Origin: Callorhinchus milii
Lineage: Eukaryota
Direction of reading: 5' to 3'
Assembly (NCBI RefSeq): GCF_018977255.1
Contig: NW_024704743.1
Coordinates: forward strand, 106,208,001 to 106,272,000
Length of the DNA stretch: 64,000 nt
This document shows, piece after piece, positions 1 to 11,430 of this stretch. Below the pieces are notes generated by a model. The model saw nothing but the letters and a program-made list of their open reading frames with translations. It made no database searches and was not told the DNA's origin. The number at the start of each line of letters is the position of its first letter. Within the stretch, counting starts at the first letter, position 1. Both the position numbers and the translations under genes were made by a program.

Positions 1-3000
1 CCTTATGTGACCTGCAGTTTATAATAATAATAATTGTTGCATTTGGTATAGCGCCTTTCATGTCAGGGGCACTTCATGGTATATATTGTAAAGTGGAGTG
101 ACTGTATGTTTTGTGGGTGAATTCGGCAGTCAATTTGCGCACAGCAGTTCTCACAAACAGTCATGGAGTGAATGAGCAATTTTATTTGTCTCATGGTCTT
201 AAGCTTGAGACCACTGTCTTAATTTAAGACGGTACAGAATTTTGACAAATTCTTAAAGTCCGCTTCAATTGTGAAACTTTATCATGATATGGCATCATAT
301 CAAATTCAAGAGTTATTATAATCATTATTACTTCAGGATGAGGTCTGAGCCACTTGTCATTTGCCCCAAAACAAGATGAGTTTTCCACACCGTTACTTCA
401 AGTGAATCCAGTCTGCCCTCTTATCACTATAGACAAGTCACCGAAGTCCCGCACTGACATTGATAGTGAAGTGGCATAGGGAATCAAAAGTGCTTTAAAA
501 GCTTTCTACGCATTGTAGAAGAGTGTGAGACAGGTGCAGCTCTGCAGCAGAGAATAGTGTGAGAGTGACAGGGATGTGGTCTTAATCCCAGCAAATGATG
601 ATCTCATCTTTGGATGTACAAAAAATATTCTTGCCGTTGTAGTACTGTTTATTTTCGGTCAAAAGGAATCTGCTTTCTATTCCCTGGTGAGTGCTCTGCT
701 CCTACCCTAGCAAAGCTGTGGCAATGTGTTGACTGATATTCTGTTTATTAAAACGTTGCTTTCACCATGCTTGGAGAACCGTAGTGAAACTTGAATACAG
801 CTTCTCTGCATCAAGACCAATGCCTGTTATCAAGGTGCATGATGTCATTGATATCAAATGATCAAGCTATCTTTGTGGAAATGTAATATTGTGATCTGCC
901 TTTTATTTTGTGTACCTACAGAACTATCTTGTTATGCAGCAGCTGCCCACTTGCAATGCTTTTATGAGCCAAGTATTTTTCTTTACGGTTTAATAATTTA
1001 CTTTGATGCAACGTTTAAATTTATGTTAGGTGCAATGGTAACACGATTGTAGTTCAGCACGTGTTTTTTCTACACTGTGTTGGATCTTTTCATCGGGTGT
1101 TGAGCTTAAAGTGGCAGTTCTGTTTGATCATACTGTCAGTAGGGAATAGAAAGCAAGAGGCAGATTGAATGCATTCAGTGGAAAGCCTTTGAAACACCAG
1201 CTGAGCACTGTATAGCGTGACAGCTTGAAAACACTGTCCGAAACTGTGAATACCTCTGGAGGATTATGCTTTTTAACTTTGTTCTTACGAGAGATGTGAG
1301 CTCTGTCTTATTCAGCACAGCAATACAAGAGTAAAACACTATTTGACAACAGTTGTGCATTTAAAAGTAACCTGCTGTCCAGCTGGAAGTGTATAATGCA
1401 ATGTGTGACTCCTCATGGAATTCAGTAATATTCAGGTTGAAATTTAAAAAGATGCAAGGAATTGCCACTTTGTGGTGCAAAGAGAAATTGTACAATACTT
1501 CATGATTTCCCAGTGAGTGTTCCTTGACACCTAGAGGAAAAAGCATGGATAGTAAAGACGACTCTGCTTTCTTTGACCTGCATTTGATTTGATTATCAGG
1601 TGACTTGGCCAGCCTTAAAAGTCAATAATAGTGTTAAGTTGGGAGAAAATGTTTCCCACCTAAAGGGAGAGATTAGCTGAACCAATGTCACAATCAGGGA
1701 GCTGGTCTGGTGAACCATGCAGCTGGTCTGTCAGCTCTCGTTGTTCTTGGCTGGACTTGGTACTGGCTGGGACTTGTCATTCAGACCGGAAGGAGAAATG
1801 AACGCTGAATTCACTGAATAGCATATGCTGGGAGAATAGTTTTAAAAATGGAATGCATTTGTCTCCAAGAATCTCTCCTTCAAATATTAAAGTGCAATTC
1901 TAATTGATGCATTAATAAGTGATATGTGACAGGAGGACTTGTACATTATATTTGTTTATGAGAGATAGAAGGAGGTGGGGTGGGGGGTGACAGAAACAAT
2001 TAAGACTGACAGAGCGAAGGTGAAACATCCATTTCTGCCTTTCACCATCTATGCTGTCAGACGTCCAAACGAAATAACTTGGTGGTTCATGGGGCCCTGT
2101 GTATTTTCCTGTGTTGCTGTTCTGTGAGCCGGTGCGGGCTCAATGGACTTCTTTCTATCCTGAGGTTCTGCATTAACATTAATACTAGAAAGGTGTAGGG
2201 AACAAAAGGCCTTCTGAAAATACTAATAGTGTTGTGCTCGGGAGTGTGGAACTAATGCTAGTTTACCCTGGGGTGAAACTTGTAACATTTCATAATCGAT
2301 TTGATGTCATCAAAGTTATCCCCTGTAAACAGATGGCACTTTCTTGTTTCTAGTAGGTGGTAACTTAAATGGATTCCTCAAATAATGAAAAAGCTGATTC
2401 AGTTAATAAGGTACTGTATATCATTTGATCAATCAGATAGCAAACACTTATGGGATTAATTGGTAATAAATTGAAATTTTATTTCATTTCAGTATCAAAA
2501 CGTGCTAAATTTCTACTGTCCTGTTACTTACTGTATGTATAATAGACTCATTTCTGATAATGAAGCAACATTGTTGCCAGGAAACCAAATTCATTGGAAA
2601 GCATAACCTGAACTCTTTTTAATAAGTGACTGACAGTGAACGTGCATGAAGCATACTGCTTAATTATCTGCCCCAGGGACAGTGACTGAGCCTTTCACGG
2701 ACAACCTATCCCACAATTATTTTCTGATTTCCTCAGATGAGCATTTTAAAATGAGCTTTAGCTGAAGAGTTGAATAGCAAGTATTGGCACAGTATTATCT
2801 ATCAATTAAATATGCCTTCAGATTTGTGAATATGAAATATGAATAACCTTTAAGTTTTCTTGATAACATTTAAGCCAGTATCTTGTGAAGCAGCATTGAA
2901 ACAATACTCTCTGACCTTGACGACAATACTCACTGACCTCCCCCTTGATCTCTGAAAACAAAGATGCTGACAGTCAATTTGATTGGACCTAATCACTGTG

Positions 3001-3109
3001 CCAAAGTTGGGGGGGGACTTACCGGCTGCCAGATCAAAACTTTGTTTCTTGCACCTGCCTCAAATGGAACATTGAACTTGCGCACCCCAGTGCTCTCCAT
3101 GCCCTACCT

Positions 3110-3433
3110 GGAGTCCTGTAGCTCAGTGGTTGAGCACTCGCTTTGCAAGTGAGAGACCTGGGTTCAATTCCAGGCAGGGCAAAACCTTGGGCAAGTTTCC
3201 TTACTCCACACGCCTAATAATAATCCCTCCAAAAACCAAAAACAATAATAAATTGGTCATTTTCAATCCACGACTGTTTATGGGACATTGCTGTGCGCAA
3301 TTGGCTGCCGCGTTCGCCCACAAATATACAGTCAATTCACTTTACAGTGTGTTCTGTGAAGCGCTTTGGGACGTCCTCCCGACGTGAAAAGCGCTATATC
3401 AAATGCAAGGATTATTATTATTATTATTATTAT
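3110..3433 (+). mobile_element. Young tRNA(Ala)-derived SINE, short variant, full length
   Basis: Head GGAGTCCTGTAGCTCAGTGG (A box) ... GGTTCAATTCC (B box), TGC anticodon-like loop, Deu-like body, L2-like 3' end and (TTA)n tail. TSD tacct at 3105-3109 and 3434-3438. Confidence 0.9.
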
Positions 3434-3528
3434 TACCTCCCAGGGCGAAACATCAACATCATCACACACGGCAAATATGTGTTAGTCATATAAACCCAAC
3501 GTGTACATAACTTTGCCTGAGTCATATA

Positions 3529-3922
3529 GGAGTCCTGTAGCTCAGTGGTTAGAGCACTTGCCTCGTAAACGTGAGACCTGGGTTAGATTCCCGGCAGGGC
3601 GAAACATTGGGCAAGTTTCCTTAATCCACACACCTCTGTTTATGTAGCCGAACGTAGGAATTCAGTTGTTAGTCGATTGGCAGATCGCTTTTTTGGGTGT
3701 AATAATTCCTTCAAATAAGTAATAATAATAAATTGGTCAGTTCAATCCATGACTGTTTGTGGGACACTGCTGTGCACAATTGGCTGCGTTTCACCCACAA
3801 AATATAGTCAATTCATTTTACAGTATATTCTGTGAAGCTTTGAAATGTCTCAAAGATGTGATAAGGCGATGTCTCAAAGATGTGATAAGGCGCTATATCA
3901 AATGCAAGGATTATTATTATTA
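3529..3922 (+). mobile_element. tRNA-derived SINE, long variant
   Basis: Same head and tail as the 3110 copy, with an extra ~60-bp internal segment. Internal tandem duplication of atgtctcaaagatgtgataaggcg at ~3845-3892. Confidence 0.88.
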
Positions 3923-3950
3923 TATCATACGACTTATGATATAATATTGT

Positions 3951-4140
3951 GGAGTCCTGTAGTTCAGTGGTTAGAGCACTCGCTTTGCAAGTGAGAGACC
4001 TGAGTTCAATTCCAGGCAGGTCAGGGCGAAACCTTGGGCAAGTTTCCTTACTCCACACGCCTAATAATAATCCCTCCAAAAAAAAACAATAATAAATTGG
4101 TCATTTTCAATCTACGACTGTTTGTGGGACATTGCTGTGC
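3951..4140 (+). mobile_element. 5' half of young SINE, truncated and fused to a duplicated segment
   Basis: SINE head and body end abruptly at gacattgctgtgc, followed by 'tg' and then the duplicated block. Confidence 0.88.
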
Positions 4141-4142
4141 TG

Positions 4143-5887
4143 TACTAATTCTGCCGTTTTCCCATTAGAGCTTTCTTAAATTAGTTTTAAGTGTTTGGCC
4201 TCTACCACTCTTCCTGGTAAAATGTTTCAACTTTTGATTACCCTCTGTGCAAAGAAATACTGGACTTTGTATCATCTGTGGGTTGATGTCCTACCGGCAT
4301 TTACTGCATGGCAGGAAGACAGCATTAAAATTACCTCCAGGTGGGAAATCGCCCCATTTGGCTAGTTATGAAATATATTTTGTGAGTTTTTATTGCTGTA
4401 TAACTTTCTGCAGTGAATTAATCGCAGCATTATGCATTACCATTCAAGTGGATCAACAGCTAAATCAATAATTAAGGGGTAGAAGAATCAAATTCATACC
4501 ATTAACAATTTGCATCACTTTTTAACAGAAAATATTCATCTAATTAAAACCTGTTTTAACTAACATCCTTCCCTTCTGGATTGTTCCAAATCTGCCACAT
4601 CAATTCATGAGAATGATGTGATTTTTGGAACTGCTGGCATTAACCGTTACTGTGTGTTCAGTTGGAGAGGAGTTTTAGGAGAAAAGCAATATAGAATTGT
4701 TAAAAACTACTCTAGCACATTATTTATACGTTATACTATATGATAGACTGAGGTGGCACTTTCTGACTCAGGTTCAAATCCCAAGTTGGCACTTTGAACT
4801 CCGTTCTAGGCTGACGCACCAATGCATTATAGAGGGGGAGGGGTGCTATATTATTGGCAGTCACATCTGTTCAGGCAGTCTTTAATGATCCCATTGGCAA
4901 TCCATTATTGCTGTATATGCCATTATTGAGGCCTTTCCCTTCCCCATCCCCAACTCCCATCTTGAATGCTGTTTCCAGTTCTGATCATTTGCGAGACCAG
5001 GATTAAGAGAATATTGTCCTTGGGAAGCACAGATGAGCAAAGAAAATGATAGATAGTATTAAGGATTTATTATGAGGAAACATTATTGAAATTTGGCCAG
5101 TTTTTCTTGGAGTAAAAGCGACCTCAAGTTGACTTTAATGCGACATTTGCATATTGTATATTGCAATTATACGCTTCCTGCTTCCAAAACCAAATAATCC
5201 CTTCAAAAATAATGATAATTTTACTCAATCCATCATTGTTTGTGGGACATTGCTGTTAGCAATTGGCTGCCTCGTTTTGCCTACAAAATATACAATTGTG
5301 GAATCCTGTAGCTCAGTGGTTAGAGCACTCGCCTCACAGACGAGAGACATGGGTTTAATTCCTGGCAAGGCGAAATGTTGGGCAAGTTTCCTCACTTCAC
5401 ATGCCTCTGATTACCTGGTAGTAAGTAGTCGATTGGCGGATCACTTTTCTGAGGGTAATAATTCCTTTTAAAAATAATAATAAATTGGTCACCTAATCCA
5501 CAACTGTTTGTGGGACCCTGCTGTGCACAGTTGGCTGCTGTGGTTCGCCCACAAAACATACAGTCAAGTCTGGAGTCCTGTAGCTCAGTGGTTAGAGCAC
5601 TCACTTTCCAAGCAAGAGACCTGAGTTCAATTCCAGGTAGGGCGAAACCTTGGGCAAGTTTCCTTACTCCACACGCCCAATAATAATCCCTCCAAAACCA
5701 AAAACAATAATAAAAATTGGTCTTTTTCAATCTACGACTGTTTGTGGGACAGTGCTGTGCGCAATTGGCTGCCGCGTTCGCCCACAAATATACAATCAAT
5801 TCACTTTACAGTGTGTTCTGTGAAGCGCTTTGGGACGTCCTCCTGACGTGAAAAACGCTATATCAAATGCAAGGATTATTATTATTA
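4143..5887 (+). repeat. Derived copy of 32906-34650 (~1.75-kb direct duplication)
   Basis: Colinear at constant offset 28763 (ORFs 4247/33010, 4697/33460 and 5154/33917 are near-identical). About 20 substitutions by eye. Confidence 0.97.
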
Positions 5888-5982
5888 TTATTATGCAAGT
5901 TTGCCATAACTCATACTTTGCATAAGTCGTATTAAATGTTATGGTCCCAACTGATATGGCTTTTTGTGAGTTTTGCTGTAAT

Positions 5983-6404
5983 AACAGCAACAACAACAAT
6001 TTTGTAAAGCGTCTTTCATATCGGGAGGACGTCCCTAAGGACCTGGTCAGAGTACAGCATTTCAGACCCGAGCTGGGGTCAGGGAGCGAGAAGGGAGGGG
6101 AAGGGGAGTGGCTGATGGCATGGTCAAAGAGGAGGGTCTTGATGGGGGATTTGAAGGAGGCTAAGGAGGGGGTGAGGTGGGTGGGTCGGGGGACGTGGAG
6201 CAGGCCAGAGCCAGCTGAGCGGAGGGAACAGACGGGTTGGTTGGGGGTTAGGAGGTCGAAGAGGTAGGGTGGGGAGAGGCCATGGAGGGCTTTGTAGGTG
6301 AGGACCAGGATCTTGAACTGGATCCTCTGAAGGATAGGGAACCAATGGAGTCGGGCGAGAGTGGGGGAGATGGGGTCACGGAATTTGGTGCGGGAGAGGA
6401 TACG
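5983..6404 (-). mobile_element. L2 LINE 3' fragment
   Basis: (TTG)n tail on the minus strand, gacgtcctcccga stem-loop, and similarity to the L2 ORF2 C-terminal region seen in the other copies. Confidence 0.85.
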
Positions 6405-6592
6405 CTTTGTTTTTTACTTTGTTTTTTGTTTACCGACCTACTAACGTTGACATTCAAGAGTCATAAGATTCCAAGAGCAACAATTTATAAGAACATAAGA
6501 ATTTGCTAAGCCAAGATCCATCCAGTTCTCCTTCCACCATTCTGTCAGTCTCAAGACATGTCGGGTCCCAAACTATATACTGTAAACCTTCT

Positions 6593-6945
6593 GTGTCAGC
6601 CTGGCTCAGTTGGTAGCACTCTCGTCTCTTGAGTCAAAAGGTTGTGGATTCAAGCTGCACATCAGGACTTGAACTCATATAGGCAAGCTGACAATGCAAA
6701 GCGATGCTGTGCTGGGGTGGATGGGTGGGGTGGGGGTTGTATTGTCGGAGGTACCGTCGTTCAGATGAGACCTGAAATTGAGGCCCCGTCTGCCTATTTA
6801 GGTGGACACTAAAAATTCCATGGCACTATTCAAAAAGAAAAGGGAGTTATTCCCAGTGTCCTGGCTGACAATTCTCCAAATAAAATTGGTCATTCACTTC
6901 ATGGCTTTTTGCGTGACATTGCTGTGTGCAAATTGGTTACCCAGT
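6593..6945 (+). mobile_element. Older Deu-domain SINE (SacSINE1/LmeSINE1-like)
   Basis: Head tgtcagcctggctcagttggtagcactctcg, body gaggtaccgtcgttcagatgagac...cccgtctgcc...gtggac, then gctgtgtgcaaattgg. Many homologous copies in the window. Confidence 0.75.
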
Positions 6946-7739
6946 TATTAATAGAAAGACTGTTCAGGCCCTTTTCCTAAGCCGACTTTCGACACTGGCT
7001 GAGTGAGAAAATCTCAGGGAAGATGGTGATAACACTGCTTCTGCTACCATCAGTGGGAAAAACCAAGGCATTGTTACTGTGCAGACTCTTATCTGCCTCC
7101 CTGTGATATGTAACAGTAACTGATGGTAGCAGAAACAGGCTCATGCGATCATAAGAAAGGAGTTCTTTTAAAGGAGAATTCCACTTATAAAACAAATGTC
7201 AATAAAAAACGCACACCTGTAGTATTGAATTGCACACAATTCACCTTTTTATAACTTTATAAATAGATGAAAATAGATCTGAAACTGGAATTCTCTCGCT
7301 GGATCAGAGCAGCCATTAACTGATATTTGAATAGGGTTTATGGCCAGGTCTCCAGGCACTAAGCAGTGAAGTCACACAGTGATGGTGGCTGAAAATGTAG
7401 GGAATGCGGTAATGCCACTGCGGATTTATTTTAATGAGAAGATATAATGATAAATGAATCTCGACTACAGAGTCGAAGGCTGACTTTCTGTGTCTTAACA
7501 AACATCTTGAGCTTTTTAGATTAAGGAAATACAAATTCAGAAACCCAGTAATGAAGAACTAGCTCTATTTGACATGTATTTGGATCGTTGTGCCACTGCC
7601 TTTAACAGTTTAGGAGGAATTCCTTTACTCACAGAATGGTGACAATATGGAGAGGGGATTAAGGGTAATAGGGGCTAGTATGGAGTATAATTTACTGGCT
7701 CCGGTGACCAACTATCGCATTTCTACTTACCGGCTGCAT

Positions 7740-7880
7740 GGACTTGTGCATACGCCAAGTAGGTTATTGATTTAATCTGATTTTGTATGATTTACACAAG
7801 TTGCCTGGAACTCAGACTTCACGTAAATCATATTAAATGTTATGGTCCCATCTGATACAACGTATGTGAGTTTTACTGTA
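7740..7880. mobile_element. Relic of a small DNA transposon (Tigger/pogo-like end ...gagttttactg-TA) with an internal palindrome
   Basis: Homologous to the split copy at 3481-3528 + 3925-3938 + 5895-5980 (shared tattaaatgttatggtccca.ctgata...tgtgagtttt.ctgta). Family assignment rests on the terminal motif only. Confidence 0.5.
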
Positions 7881-7922
7881 TACACCAGATAATATGGCTA
7901 GGATGGTATACTCCACAGCATT

Positions 7923-8400
7923 ACAACAACAACAACAACAAGATTCCATTTATAGAGCGCGTTTCACGTCGGGAGGACGTCCCAAGGCGCTGTACAGTTG
8001 GGTCAGGACCTGAGCAGGGGGGAAATGGTCAGGGTGAAGGGAGGGAAGGGAGAGAGAGAGGAGGGGGTAGAGAGTCGAGAGGGGAGCTGAAGGCACGGTC
8101 AAAGAGAAAGGTTTTGAGACCGGCCTTGAAGGAGGAAAGGGAGGAGACAAGACAAAGGCACTGGGGAATGGAGTTCCAGAGCCTCGGGGCTGAGAGGCTG
8201 AAGGCCCGGCCACTGGTGGTAGGGCGGTTGGGGCGGGAGATGTGGAGCAGACCGGAGCCAGAGGAACGGAGGGTACGGGCAGGTAGGTAGGGGGATAGTA
8301 GGTCAGAGAGGTAGGAGGGAGCAAGGCCGTGAATGGCCTTGTAGGTGAGGATGAGGATCTTGAATTCGATCCTCTGGGGGATGGGGAGCCAGTGGAGGCG
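7923..8400 (-). mobile_element. L2 LINE 3' fragment (young)
   Basis: ORF 8029-8448 contains LHWLPIPQRIEFKILILTYKAIHGLAPSYLSDLL...GRAFS..APRLWNSIP...FKAGLKTFLF, the typical L2 ORF2 C-terminus. (TTG)n tail. Confidence 0.92.
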
Positions 8401-8736
8401 ATTAGCACTGATTTGCATGATATATGCCACATCATAGCAGAGGTTCACCTGATAGGGTTTCTGCTGACTGTCTACTTGCTTTCAGCACATCAGAAATATG
8501 GTTAGTTTGCATTCTGCATTTCTGTAAAGTATTTTCTTGGCATTTGAGTGTATCCTGGTAACTGTCACTTCTGAGCTTTTCAAATCGAAATGACTGTGAT
8601 TTTGAAGGGAGACTAAATGGTACCTAATCCCAGGGTGGTAGTTACACTAAAAAAATCATCACTGGGGTAGGTTTCTTATTCACAGTGTAGCATTTGGAAT
8701 AATAATTTCTTGCACAACCTTGGTCCCCTCCAAGTA

Positions 8737-9080
8737 TTATAATAATAATAATCCTTGCATTTGATATAGCGCCTTATCATGTCATCGAGACATCTCAAAG
8801 TGCTTCACAGAATATACTATAAAATGAATTGACTGTATATTTTTGGGTGAAACGCAGCAGCCAATTGCGCACAGCAGTGTCCCACAAACAATCGTAGATT
8901 GAGTGACCAAATTATTTTTATTTATCTTGAAGGAATTATTACCCCCGGAAAAGCGATCCGCCAATCAACTATCAACTGGATTCCTCCTTACGGCTAGTTA
9001 AACAGAGGTGTGTGGATTAAGGAAACTTGTCCAATGTTTTGCCCTGCCGGGAATCTAATCCAGGTCCTTTCATTTGCGAA
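8737..9080 (-). mobile_element. tRNA-derived SINE, long variant, 5'-truncated
   Basis: Reverse complement matches the 3529 copy. Confidence 0.85.
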
Positions 9081-9921
9081 GAGGTGACTTGTGAGAGTAT
9101 AATTTAGATGCCATTATTCAAACTGAGAAGAAAGTTTCTCCCTGTGTCCTGGCCAAGAATCCTTCATGGTAATTGATCATTTAGTTCTTGGCCGTTTTTT
9201 CCAATTCTATTTTTCACCAGTGGCCGCACTGTTTGGAAAAATATTATATAAAGCAGCAAACCTTATAGAAATTGCCAGAGTGAAATGGGTTTAAAAAACT
9301 TTAAATAAATTGCAGAAAACGACACTCAATCATCAGTTCCTCCTGTCAGACAAAGTTGCCACCTTCTAACCCAACGCTTCCTGAAGATTCATTCATAATT
9401 TTTATATATCTATAAAAATGACAGGTGTCAAAAATCTAAATACACTGGATATATTTCTTTTTTTAAAAAAAAGCTTGATATTTCTCATAACGATAAACAC
9501 TGTCATTTTCCATTGACAGATGACTTGAGCCCATCAATCTCTGAACAACTTATTCTGTCACACCACTCTTGATTGATTATCTGTGTAGTCCACACAGTGC
9601 CAGACATCAATGGCTGTTTGCTTCACATTTTAAGTTTGAATTTTATTTCCATATTGCAAGACTAAAAAGACATTTTCATCCACTGTCGGAAATATATTTT
9701 AAAGTCATATCTCTTTTCCCTCAAATGGTTCTGTAATTCATTTTTAAAATTGAGAATCTCCATGACGGACTGGGCAGTAGAGCTACAAAAAGAGGAGCAG
9801 AGGAAGTAAACTGGCAAAGAAAAATTCTTAACATGTATTATGAAGGGAAAACTGTGGTAAGAGTTCCATGCTCATAAAGTTCTGGGAAAGAAGGGTTTGA
9901 ACTCGGAGACCAAGTGAAGAG

Positions 9922-10580
9922 CTGTCAGCCTGACTCAGTTAGTAATACTTTCACCTCTGAGTCAGAAAATTACATTCATAGATTTACATAGAATGTACAG
10001 CATAGAAACAGGCCATTCAGCACAACCAGTCCATGTCGGTGTTTATACTCCATATGAGTCTCCACCTATTCCTTACTCCGTCCCATACCCTTCTATTCTC
10101 TTCTCCCTCATGTGAAAATCTAGCATTTTAATTGCATCTATACTATCTTGATTGCGGATTCAAACCCCCACATTGGTCTTTGAACTCTAGGCTGACACAC
10201 CAAAGAGGTGCTAGGATGCACTGCATTGTGCTCTGCCACTGGCAAGAGCTCTGGAACGCTACCCTGCATGAGGGGTGCTATATAAATGCAAGTTGTTGTC
10301 ATATTGTTGGAGGTGCCATCATTTGGATGAGATGTAAACCCAAATACTGTTCAGGTGGATGTTAATGATCCCTTGGTGTTATTGGAAAAGAGTAGGAAGT
10401 TTCTCCTGGTGGCCTATACAAAAAAAAGATAAAATTGGTCATTTATTTTGTAGCTGTTTGTGTGACTTTATTGTGTGCAAACTAGCTGTTGCATTCACCT
10501 TTAAAATACATAGTCACTACACTTTACAGTGATTCCTGTGAAGCTGTTCGAGACATCCTCCCGACATCCAATTAGTGCTG
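9922..10580 (+). mobile_element. Older Deu-domain SINE interrupted by an antisense CR1 3' tail (~9968-10150) and an L2-type tail (~10245-10300)
   Basis: SINE head at 9922 resumes at ~10150 (gcggattcaaacccc). The insert has a catagaa repeat plus ggccattcagc, the reverse complement of a CR1 tail. Confidence 0.7.
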
Positions 10581-11129
10581 CAGACTATTGTTGCCTATTC
10601 CGATGATGCTGAGTGTTTAACAATGTGTTATATTTAAAAGCACAGATTTGAAACTCGTGCTTGAATGAGTGACACCATATGGACGTTCCACACCTCAAGC
10701 ATGAGGTTTGACAGGTTTGCAAATTGTACCTGACCAACCAAGGTAGTTCATGAACACCCAAGAAATGAAGATAATAATCAAATATGCTTGAGGAGATTGC
10801 AATAGTTGGAATTCAGAGTAAGCATAGCTTTAGGCTATGTCACCATCGGTTCTGTTCAGATTTTAAAAACAACTCAAAGGCCAAAGGAGTTATTCATTCA
10901 TGTAAGTATTTGATATCTTTTTTTAAAATTGATGAGAATACACTAGACTGATTCAAGAATCCTATGGACAAATGAGAGAATTTTGCAATAAATTATGTAA
11001 CTACACCTTAACTGAAAAGGAAATCGGACCCGTTAACATCTCTTTGAAGATGGGAAAATATGTCAGTGAGGATTTCCCAGGGTTTCCAATAGTTAAGTAG
11101 TTTACATGTCATAGAAGCATATGAACAAA

Positions 11130-11430
11130 GAAAATCTCAGGTTCCATCTGTTTGTGCTTAGTTAGGCGATCTTATCTGGTGGAAATGGTGGAGGTCTTAT
11201 AGTTGACCTCAGTGTTCCTGAACCACAGAGAATAAAAATAGTCAGGGTTCCTGCTAGTGGACAAGGGGTTGGTTTGTATGGCCTTCAGCAAAAAACATGA
11301 TCAGATTCACTTGGTCAGATCATCTTCTGACATTTGATAAATGACTGCTTGCTTGAGGTACTAATGGGCTGCTACAACTGTGGAACCATACTCTGCATGA
11401 ATTATTGTCTTCAGTGAACAGAGAAGAAAT
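11130..11430 (+). repeat. Ancient interspersed repeat (unnamed, SINE-like), with diverged copies at ~15120-15270, ~17540-17715, ~25360-25690 (-) and ~57575-57940
   Basis: Shared degenerate motifs: cagggttcc, atagcctgc(c/t)ga, tgtggaacc and a terminal ttcaggagagg-like end. Confidence 0.45.

Noticed and set aside
3110..3182. tRNA-Ala-like gene (A/B boxes, TGC loop), also at several other sites
   Set aside because: The acceptor stem does not pair properly and each copy runs into a SINE body and tail. These are SINE heads, not tRNA genes.
5895..8400. DNA-transposon relic followed by an antisense L2 tail occurring twice (5.9 kb and 7.9 kb), suggesting an old tandem duplication
   Set aside because: The spacing, L2 truncation points and surrounding sequence differ, so independent insertions explain it equally well.
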